From the NCBI GenBank assembly GCA_964106645.2, contig OZ067048.1: a stretch of 64,000 bases of DNA. One strand, given 5' to 3'. The stretch comes from Podarcis pityusensis (taxonomy: Eukaryota). Both the position numbers and the translations under genes were made by a program. Within the stretch, counting starts at the first letter, position 1. Each line of letters opens with the position of its first letter. Under the pieces are notes generated by a model, which ran no database searches, had not been told where the DNA came from, and saw only the letters and a list, made by a program, of their open reading frames with translations. Shown here piece after piece: positions 1-10,349 of this stretch.

Positions 1-213
1 GTTCTGGAGGTCCATACTTAACCTGAAACTGTTCTTAACCTGAAGCACCACTTTAGCTAATGGGGGCCTCCTGCTGCTGCTGCGCTGCCGGAGCACAATT
101 TCTGTTCTCATCCTGAAGCAAAGTTCTTAACCTGAAGCACTATTTCTGGGTTAGTGGAGTCTGTAACCTGAAGCGTATGTAACCTGAAGCGTATGTAACC
201 CGAAGTACCACTG
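1..213 (+). mobile_element. Tc1/mariner-pogo(Tigger)-like MITE, left end cut by window edge
   Basis: Ends in GAAGTACCACTG followed by TA (214-215). Body with repeated TAACCTGAAG matches the intact copy at 51135-51360. Confidence 0.85.
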
Positions 214-1367
214 TACTGGCTTATTTTCAGCAAATTTGATTGCCGGCTTCCTCTGTCATCTCCAGTTAGTTATATAAGCCACACAGGTGTAAAGTTGAAA
301 TTCTTAAAGCCTTTTTCACCCATCTGTAATAAAAACACTTTGATATCTCCTATGAGTTTTACTTGACAAGAATGTTTTATAGTACGGCAGGTATTTATGT
401 ATAAGTGTGTGTAAAGTAGGGAAGTACTTTGTTTGAACTTTGTTGCTGTTGTAAAAATGTTTCATTAACCTTTACAATTAATGCCAATATGGTTTTACAA
501 CATTCTGCAAATCCCCCTGATACCAAGTGAAAAGTTCTTAAGACTGTTTTACAGCATGATGAACACAGCAGTCTTTTCGCTCACTATACACTCCATATTT
601 TTAAATGAACAGCCATTATTATCAACTGTTCTCTGACAGAAGTAGCATTCTAAACCCACGGTCTGATCTTATTGATCTGCTGTTCCACTATAAAAATACA
701 GTGGATTTTAAGGGGCAACTAGGTGCTCCTGAATTGCAAGGTATAGAAAACTACAATCCCAAGGAAGGAGAAACCTGGAATACCTCTTTTAGTTCAGCGG
801 CTGGTTCCCCTACCCAGTGCCAGCATATAACTGTATTTTTCACCCTACATAGGTGAATTCTGAGTCCTTGGCCTCCTCTTCACATAACACTCTGCACCTT
901 ATTCTCTCTGTTGGTCCTTCCCCCCTCCCCCACCCATGTTGGGAAGGATTTTGAATTTTGCTGCCCTTCTCCTTTTGCTGTCCCCCAAATTTTGTGTCCC
1001 CCCCCAAAAAACCCTTCTTTTTCTAGTGGTTATCTGAAAGAACACCTTCCCCTCCTTGAGGAATATTTTTTTATTTGTTGCTTAGCTTACTAAAATTTTA
1101 TTTTTTTGTCCCAAAGTGACTTACGTTTTTTTAAAAATGGACAATAACAAATTAAAATACATCAAAAGAAGTCATGGGAAGAAACCAATTTACTTCTTGT
1201 GGTGTACCCTACAGACAATGGAAATTTATCTTATGACAACTTGGAAGGTTGCCTTTCTTCATGTGGCACCCACATTGCGGACTGGTCATCCTCTGGAAAT
1301 CGGGCAGGCAGCAATAGTATCATGTCAGTAAAATTATCAGTTTATTTAGGCCTCCCTAGACCTCTGA

Positions 1368-1520
1368 TCATAGAATCATAGCATTGTAGAGCTGGAAGGG
1401 ACCCTGAGGGTCCTCTAAGTTAACCCCCGGCAATGCAGGAATATGCAGCTGTCCCATACAGGGATCAAACCTGCAACCTTGGCATGATCAGCACCAGGTT
1501 CTAACCAACTGAGCTGTCCA
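1368..1520 (-). mobile_element. tRNA-Ile-derived SINE with CR1-type 3' tail
   Basis: Minus strand reads AGCTCAGTTGGTTAGAACCTGGTGCTGATCATGCCAAGGTTGCAGGTTTGATCCC (tRNA-Ile-like A/B boxes), then ATTCCTGCATTGC...TTCCAGCTCTACAATGCTATGATTCT (CR1-like tail). Confidence 0.8.
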
Positions 1521-1632
1521 GGCTGTTCTAATGCCAGTTCCTACTGATGCTTAGATATGACCTATAAAAAGTTTAGATATTCATGTATTGTTTCTGTTAT
1601 GCTGTACATTGCCTTGGTAATAAGGGTGGTAT

Positions 1633-1983
1633 AAAGGTAAATAGACCCCTGACCATTAGGTCCAGTCGTGGCCGACTCTGGGGTTGTGGCGCTCATCTCT
1701 CTTTATTGGCCGAGGGAGCCGCCGTACAGCTTCCGGGTCATGTGGCCAGCATGACTAAGCCGCTTCTGGCGAACCAGAGCAGCGCACGGAAACGCAGTTT
1801 ACCTTCCCGCCAGAGCAGTACCTATTTATCTACTTTCACTTTGATGTGCTTTCGAAATGCTAGGTTGGCAGGAGCAGGGACCGAGCAACGGGAGCTCACC
1901 CCATTGCGGGGATTCGAACTGCCGACCTTCTGATAGGCAAGTCCTAGGCTCTGTGGTTTAACCCACAGCGCCACCCGCGTCCC
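1633..1983 (-). mobile_element. Sauria SINE (POM/Squam1-type), full length
   Basis: Minus strand starts GGGACGCGGGTGGCGCTGTGGGTTAAACCACAGAGCC, has a GGCAGTTCGAATCCC B box and ends ...GGTCAGGGGTCTATTTACCTTT. Confidence 0.9.
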
Positions 1984-1995
1984 TACAAATATGTA

Positions 1996-2030
1996 TAATA
2001 ATAATAATAATAATAATAATTAATAATAAT
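1996..2030. repeat. (TAA)n microsatellite
   Basis: Direct reading of the sequence. Confidence 0.9.
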
Positions 2031-4874
2031 TCTCAACTCTCATCACACTTTTCCAGACCAGAATTGGGTCCACTGGTTCCCAAGTCCCTCTTGCAGCCAG
2101 CACTGCATGCCAAGCATAGGAGGGGACAAGTCTGTCTTAATCCTCATGAGTTTACTGAACACAATGTCCTCATGGTGAACAGGCCTTTTTGTGAAAACTA
2201 CAAAAGCAAGACCCTGTGCAAGCACTTTACACTGTGCACATATGTGCACATGAACACCTTCTTGGATCATGCATGCAGCCGAACAATAAGCAAGGTATTT
2301 TGTCAGTGTCTTTCTCATGCAGTATAAACATGATGGTTTGAAGTAACTCTTGCTTCAGAACAATTGGTTATCTAGCAATATAACTGCCATTTCCTATCAC
2401 CCTCTCTCATTGTCGTATAGCTGGCTGCCATGATTTGTGCTATTGCATAGGCTATGGCTTATATCAATGGCTTTTATGGTTGAGCATTATCCAGTTGTAT
2501 GCTTGTTGTTGTCCCATGCACTCTGGAGGGAGTTCCTGTAAATTTGAATTAGCACACTGACATCTTTTTTTGTTTCAATTTTACATTTTGAAATTCATGA
2601 AGTTTTTTTTTAAAGTAAACTGTTGCTTTTGTTATGCCTTCCAGTGTTTTGTAAAGCTGTACACAAAGAACTCCAAAGGCAGAATTCACTTGTAGAAATA
2701 ATTCCATTGCTGAAATAACTAAGTGACTGAATATTTTGACCTTTTGGTCATATGCCTCTAATCAATATCATTAATGCTTACAAGAGTCAGTACGGACAAA
2801 AAGAGTAGTCTGATAAATATATTGTTGTTGCTATAGGGTATCTTTTAAATGTCTAAATACTAATCAATATCTAGAAATTAGATATTGACTAAAATAGTTT
2901 CATAATAGGTAATTATTGGTTTGGTCTTTTAGAAATTAGACTTTTTCACTTCGGGAATAAAGAGTAAATAGACTGTCATGCAATTAAAGTGTGTTGTGAC
3001 CTTTTGATACAAGTTCTCTCTTTCTAAGAAGTTATTAGATTTAAATATGATTGCACAGCCCTATTAGGCTCAAAGCATCAATTTTTAATTATTTTAAGGT
3101 CAGCGTTGGAATTTATGTGATTAGTGCAATATTTTGGTACACTATTTATTTTCATTTCATCGGCTGATAGTTGTTTCAGATTTCCCTTTAGAGACCCGGT
3201 GCTCCCATGGAAAGTTGAGGCAGGTTTACCCAAAGAGTCTCAGTGGTTACACTGTTTGAAAAAGCAAGTAGTAATAATGCACTGGGCAGCATGCAAGTAA
3301 GTGCACTTAATATAATTTTCTTTCAGTGAGTCGTTAGGACTAGTTGGACAAAGATATGGCTTTGCTGATGTGATCAGTCGTGTAGGGCTGGTCCCTGTTG
3401 TTCACAGCTCTCCCTGAGAGCCCCCAAGGACCCATCTCAGATGACCTGAGATCTCTGTGTATATGGCAGCTATTTCTTAGCGATGACTTCCGCAGCTGTG
3501 GTGGCATGCTGCAGTGTCTTGCAACATCCATATTTGTTTGCAGTTTCAACTCACTTTGGCATTATAAGCCTTGTGACTAGCTGAGCAGCATCATATCAGG
3601 GAACCTTTTGATGTATCACTATGGAGTTATGAAATACAAAAACGGTTGCCTGGCAAACCTCAGAACATCGGTGCTTAAAACTGCAGTAGAGTAATATAGT
3701 TTTATAGCTGTTTCTTTCATTAGACAAATAACTTTCTGCCTTGTAGCAAATAGAAGTTCCTAGCTTGTGCTAAAGTGGGGAGGGGGGCTATGATTTATTT
3801 TTTTTGACAGCTGATGATTGAGATGTATTTAACCTTTCTGCGGATATAACTTTATTCTGCCAGAGAATCATTTAATTTTTATCTTCTATTTGAAATGTGT
3901 CCATAGTTGACACAGTTAACATTTGACAACTCAGAAGGCCAGCACGTATTTTTCCAGCCTGTCTTGGAATCTTTCATTAAGCCCTATAGGCAAGAAAGAA
4001 GATCAAATTTTTGTTTAATAAAATATGACTTTCAGGTGGCTATTGTAGAAGGAGCAGCAAAGAGTGAAAAATACAACCTCTGCAACTAGTTTGGACACTT
4101 TTAGTCCTATGTAAAGCACACTGGGGTTTTTTAAACTGTCTACAGCAGTTCAATTTTATCAAGAAAGGATGCATTGAAAACCAATAAACTGTCATGGTTA
4201 TCAAGCTGATCTTGACTAAGTAGGTGAAACTTTCTTTGTGCTTCTGGATTTGTGTGAGCTCAAGTACTTTACATGGGAAATTTGTTTTTCAGTTGGGGCC
4301 AATTTTGTTTGGGCCTCAGCAATTCTGCGAGCTATTGCTGAATGATCAGTCCTACTGAAGGTGACGCCTTTGTGATGCTTATCTTGACCTTAACAGATTT
4401 GTCTCCTAAACTGTAAAGCAAAATACATCAGGGAAGTGGTCCTATTTCCAACTGCTCTGTAGTTTAATTGTATAACCTTCAGCTGGGTGCTCGTCTCTGT
4501 TGTATTTTGGGGTTGGTTTATACATTATTTGCCGTAAAAGACCTGCGTTATTATTAGTTTATGCGAGGACTGTAATCCATGGTTAGATTGCACATGTGGG
4601 CAGAACCACAGAATATGACCGAAGCACAGAGGCAAAAGCTGCAGGATCAACATGGACAATAACTACAGTATTCTAAAAAAGTTGAGTGGTATCTGCTGAA
4701 CCCCCAAAGTAATATAAATAGCTTGAGTGCAGGGAGGTTGCAATCAGAAGAGTCTCTCAGCATCTTGCTTCTGACAGGGGACACCAGATACTTTCAGGAA
4801 GTTTACAAGCAGGGATTAAAGACAACAGCCCTCTTTCAGGAAGGAGCTGAAACTTTGAGCTATGAAGAATATTG

Positions 4875-5570
4875 GTAATTTTGGCATTAGTATGCTTGAA
4901 ATCGGATTACCTCTATGTGGGGCTTCCTTTGGGCTTAACTCAGAAGTTGCAACCAGCAGCTAGGTCAGGGGTCAGCAAACTTTTTCAGCAGGGGGCCAGT
5001 CCACTGCCCCTGAGACCTTGTAGGGGGCTGGACTATTTTTTTTTGGGGGGGGGGGGCGGAAGAATGAATTCCTATGCCCCACAAATAACCCAGAGATTCA
5101 TTTTAAATAAAAGAACACATTCTACTCATGTAAAAACACACTGATTCCCGGACCATCCACGGGCCAGATTTAGAAGGCAATTGGGCCGGATCCAGCCCCT
5201 GGGCCTTAGTTTGCCTACCCATGAGCTAGGTTGTTGACTGGGGTTATCCCATCATCAGCATATGACATCTCTTCCGAGGGATCTGCTGTGGCTGCAGCTA
5301 TGCTACCAGGCACAGTTCAAGGATTTGCTTTGGGGGCCAGATTACTTAAGTATATGTCCCCTGCCTGGAAACTGCTCTCCTCAGATGAAGCACTGCCCCA
5401 GAGGCACACTTAGTTTCTACTAGAAACTGAACTTTTAGTGTTGCAGTAGCTCAGCCCTCTGGAATCAATTGTCAGCTGAAATTAAGCAGGTGCCAAGCAT
5501 CCTGATGTTTAGATGGCTGCTGAAATGCTTTCACTTTAAGGAGGCTTTCCTTGAAGAATGATTAGTAATA
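4875..5570 (+). mobile_element. Decayed L2-clade LINE 3' fragment, interrupted by a hAT MITE
   Basis: Translates DYLYVGLPLGLTQKLQ..AAR/LLTG, resembling the L2 ORF2 motif LDYCN..YVGLP....KLQ.VQNAAARLLTG. The sequence resumes after the 8-bp TSD. Confidence 0.6.
4966..5223 (+). mobile_element. Non-autonomous hAT (Charlie-like) MITE
   Basis: Imperfect TIRs CAGGGGTCAGCAAACT / AGTTTGCCTACCCATG. Perfect 8-bp TSD AGCTAGGT (4958-4965, 5224-5231). Confidence 0.9.
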
Positions 5571-5689
5571 TTATGGAACATTAATTGAACATGTGTATAA
5601 ATTGTTTTACTGTGTTGCAGTCTGTATGTTTTTTGTTTTTGTTTTTAAATCTTACTTTATATCTTGTACACCACTTCAGTAGCTCTTTA

Positions 5690-6038
5690 GGAAGTTTCAT
5701 CTATTGTTTAGCCTAATCTTGTTTCCTGAAACTTCCACCTGTTGGTTCTTGGTCTGCCCTCTGCAGAAACAAGCAGTAAGTCCGCTCCTTCTTTCTGCAT
5801 GACAGCCCCTCACCACCATAATGATGCCCCATATCCACCTTACCTTCTCCAGACTAATCATACCCAACTATTTCAACTGTTTGCTACATGACTTGGCTTC
5901 CAGATCCCACACCATCTTTGTTCCACCCTTTCGATGTGCTTCGTTTTGTCAATAACTTATTTAAAATATGTCACTCTTAATTGGATGCTGTATGTGGTCT
6001 GACCAGCAGGGAACAGAGCAAAACTATTTCCTCTTATG
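5690..6038 (-). mobile_element. Old CR1 LINE fragment that hosts the 6039-7725 insertion and continues at 7726-~7800
   Basis: Antisense CR1-like text (…TTAAAATATGTCACTC…TGTGGTCTGACCAGCAGGGAACAGAGC…ATTTCCTCTTATG|ATCTGGAC) is continuous across the TSD. Confidence 0.55.
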
Positions 6039-7725
6039 TTTTTTTTTTAAATGATATTTATTAAGATTTTCAAAGATACAGAAAGTAAAGATTAAAATAC
6101 ATTCAAAGCCTTATTTTCATAGATCCACTTTCCGGGACTCCCCCCTTCCCCCACCCCTACCATATTCCCCTTTCATATTGTTGGCTCCACAAGCTCTCAG
6201 TTCTAATTAAAACTTAATTTGTTTAAACCATTATTCGAATTTAAAATTTATACACTCCTCATCAATACCCTTAATAAAAAACAAAAGTTCTCTCCCCAGG
6301 GCCCACCCCATTTTCATTCCACAATTTCCCTTTTTTTTAAAAAATAAGGACACCCCACACAATAGAAATATAAGAAATAAGAAATAAAAAGTATAATAGG
6401 TGAAAAAGAGCCAGTTCAGAAAAAAAAAAAAGTTGACAAGCCTTTGGATTTTAGTTCTCCCCCCCCTGTCCCCGGTTTAATTTCCCCCTGACCACCAAAC
6501 CATGTTATCTGCCTGGAATTCTTAAAGTCCATAAATCACCTATTTCCCCCAACTCCTTGCTGGCTTTTTCTTTTTATAGTTATTTTTTAAGACATTTAAC
6601 TTCAAATCTTTAATAAAACTCCCCCCATTGTTCTTTCCAAGTTGTAGTCCAATTTCCTCTTGTTCCGCTGCTGAAACGTTCTAATTCAGAAGTTTAGTAA
6701 CTCTGCAGGGATTATTGTTATTCAGGAACAAAAACTTGCGTTCAGTCCCTTCCTTTCTTCAATAGAAAATTCTATTGTCTCCTTTAGCTGAACACCCTGT
6801 AGACAAAATATTATTTCCGTTTTGCAGCTTTCCCAGAAGATAACCAGTCCTGTAAAATTCCAATGGTATTTTTCCACTTACGACCATCTTTGTAATGTCC
6901 CGAAACTCCTCTAGGGGGATTGTTGTAACTTTGTTTTCTCTAGTCCAAAAGTCCGATTGTTATCCATGTTTTCGCCATTTTGTATCCAAGTTTTAACGGG
7001 TTATAGCAAATTGTAACAAATTTAACCAGCAAAGTTCTCATAATAAGATCCTCTCTGCTTTCCGACTTTGACAGCTACTTTGACAGCTGTCAAAATCTCC
7101 GACTCTTTTCACCAGGCTCTCTCTTCAATCACCCCGGTTCCCAGGGGGGGGGGTCACGTTTCCCTTCTCCCTCAATTCTTCCTCCAGCACAGTTCTTGTA
7201 GTTCCCCATCGTGGAATTCTTAGTTTTTATCAGCAATACAAATCTTTTTGGACCTTGGTTTCCACCATCCTTGTTTTGGAAGATTTACAGTAGGGAGGGG
7301 GACTGACTTCCTTTTTGGATCCCCCCCCCGCTCGTGTCCAATCCGAAAAAAAAATTTTTTTTTTTCCTCCTTTTGAACCCGGTTTCCAAATTACTCACGG
7401 GTTGTTGTTAAGAAGTCCGAATTTTCAATAGAAGAAGTCAGCGCTCTCCGCCAAATGGCATGCGGCTTCGCTCGGCAGGGATAGCAGAGGACTCAAAGCA
7501 CCACGCTTCTCCCCGGCACCCGATCCGTAGCCTTTAAAAAGGCTCCTTCACGAGTCGGGAGGGCGCTAGCGGTGCCAGCCGAGTCTCCATGTCCACGGCC
7601 TCCGTGGCCGTGGTTTTTAAGGGTCCCCGCATCGCCGGTGCGGTAGGACCCAGCCCCTGCCGAGCAGGCTCCCTCCGGAGCTCGGAGGGAGTCCGCCATT
7701 CGGCGATGGCGCCAACCCGGAAGTC
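6039..7725 (-). mobile_element. Full-length non-autonomous L1-derived retroposon, copy A (~1.69 kb)
   Basis: 20-bp TSD CAAAACTATTTCCTCTTATG (6019-6038, 7726-7745). CpG-rich 5' end GACTTCCGGGTTGGCGCC. 3' end AATAAATATCATTT+poly(A). No long ORF. Same termini as 30807-33505. Confidence 0.85.
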
Positions 7726-10093
7726 CAAAACTATTTCCTCTTATGATCTGGACTCTGTGCTTATGTTAACACAGCCTTACAAGTTCATCACGTTTTTTAT
7801 CAGCCACGTCAAGCTGCTTGACCTTCAACTGAGGCACTTAGCGCAACTTTGAATTCTTCCCTATTTTGAATGATTTGTCAGTGCAAGCTCTCCAGCTTGC
7901 CAAACCGGCAAAAGGGGGGGGGGGATATATAACAGCTCAGCTCAGGTGATCTAGGAGCTTGAACAAAGAGAAAAGAACAACCCAGCAAAGAGAAAATGAG
8001 TTCAAGCCATGAACTCATCCCAATAGCCACAGATCCATCCATCTTTGCCATTTACAACACACTCCTGTTGGCTCACTCTGGTCACTAATTTCCTGTAAAT
8101 GGACAGTGGTTTTTTTTTTTTTTTTACAGAGATGACCTGCCTCAGCTGTGGGCTTTTGGAAGAGATCCTATGCATACTGACTTTGAAGTAACTCCTTTTT
8201 AATTTCCATGGAAGATACTCCCAAGTAAATATTATTAGGACAGGTTTTATACTGAGCTAGTGGCCATTCATACAGCATAAAACCTACCTGATGGATTCTT
8301 TTCTGCCTTCACTTGCATTCTTTTCTCCCCCTCCCTGTAGTTTCTGGTTACACCCCCCCTTCAATTAACTTTTGCAATAATTATGTTGTTTTTTTAAAGT
8401 GCTTCAAGTGATACTCGTTTTCTAACTCTGAAGGTTTCTGAAGGAGGCAAGAATGGCCTTCTGAGCTGTTAAGACTCTGGAATAAAACAGTAAATCAAGT
8501 CACTGATATGACTTATATATCACATTAAACACAGGGAATCCACCACAAAATCATTACACTAAAAAGCGACACTTTTGATTGATTAAAATGGTTTGGGCTG
8601 GATAGTGTTAAATCACTGTGAGTGATGTGACATTACAGTTTTACATATCATATTTCTGTCAAGACAATGAAGGTAAAAGGCATTGTCATCAGACGATAAC
8701 GGACAATGAGAGGAACCCTTGTGTTAGATTTATGGCTTGGTTTAGATTTAGAAAGAAGTAATTCTTACCTTGTGCCACTTATCAAATGACTGTAAATTCA
8801 ATGATGATGTAAAATTCTAAGGCAGAGCCACTTAGAGTTTTGACAAAGTGCCAGCTATAAAGTATTTACTGTTCTCAATGGTTCTGCCTTGCACACTTAA
8901 ATATTTATCAGAATCATGGACCTTTCTGATAAATGTTCCTGATCTTTGCTGCTGTTTTTTTAAACTTGGATGGTTATTATTTTTAAACGGAAGTTGGCCT
9001 GGCATTTCTGTAACAATTCTAGCTATCTTAATTAAAATATTAAAAATACAGAAAAAGCTGGAGTTTTGCTTGCCAAGTAAATCTTCATAGTTTGTATAGC
9101 TGGCTGCCCTTGTAGTATCGGACTGCCCTAACTACACGAACTGGTCAGCATTGTGGGCATGGAGCATGGCTAAAGCCAGAGGTGTATCAGACTTCCCAGT
9201 TGTGATTTATGACTCTGCTGATAATTTCCCTGGCTTTTAATTTCAAAGACGTACCCATTCTCTGTGGTTGCGTTCAACAACATTGTTACTAACAATACAC
9301 ATTTTAATGATGGCATTTGCTAAAGTAAGATATGCTTAGCAGAACGCATATTTCAGAATGCATTATATCTCAGGGTGGTTTTCTGTATTCTCCTTAAGAA
9401 TATGGAAGTATATATTTCCATGTCTTATGAGGGCATGGAAATGTAGCATTGGAAGGATTGCATGTTCATCACACACAGAACTCTTAGAAACTTTTGGATA
9501 GCAATGTGACTTTTGGAACACATGCTTGTTGTCTTTTCCATCTTGAGATAGACGCCTGTTTCTTAGGTTTTGTGAATGCATCTGCTGAAGCCTGATCCAA
9601 GCAGAGTATTCTCTTTTGCTGCCTAGACTGATAGCTAACTGTGGTTAAACACAAATGAAATTTCATTCTCTTTATTGTATCTAAAGCCCAGTTGGTAGAC
9701 TCCTGACTTGGTGGAGTAAACTGGGTGGATGGCAACATGCTGCTCCAGCACCAAACCAGTAGGGTAGTCTAGAGCAATGGGTGACCCATCATCTCTCTTT
9801 CCCTCTCCTCCCCACCAGCTTATTAGTTACTTAGGGCAAGGGATGCAGTAGCCACACTGCCATCCATTCAGTATCTTCCTTGGCATTTTTAGCCTGTTTC
9901 CTCATCTAATCTCCCAGGCTTTTAAAGACTCAGGAGCATAGCATAAGTAGGGAAACAGTCACCCCTTGAGTGTATCCAGAAACCAGTACAGTTCACAAAT
10001 CCAACTAAGCTGTCTGTTTAAGGGACGTATAGCACAATGGGGTGTGTGTGTGGATTGAGTATGCACAAAGAAAAGGAAAGTAAAACACTAAAC

Positions 10094-10325
10094 CGTGGGT
10101 AGGCAAATTAAAGCCTGGGGGCTGGATCTGGCCCAATTGCCTTCTAAATCCGGCCCACGGGAATCAGTGTGCTTTTACATGAGCAGAATGTGTACTTTTA
10201 TTTAAAGTGCATCTCTGGGTTATTGTGGGGCATAGGAATTTGTTCAATTCCCCCCTCAAAATATAGTCTGGCCCCCACAAGGTCAGAGGGACCAGCCCCC
10301 TGCTGAAAAAGTTTGCTGACCCCTG
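10094..10325 (-). mobile_element. hAT MITE, same family as 4966-5223
   Basis: Reverse complement of the 4966-5223 body. Ends CGTGGGTAGGCAAA / TTTGCTGACCCCTG, flanked on both sides by ACTAAAC. Confidence 0.85.
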
Positions 10326-10349
10326 TGACTAAACCATATGTGATAAACA

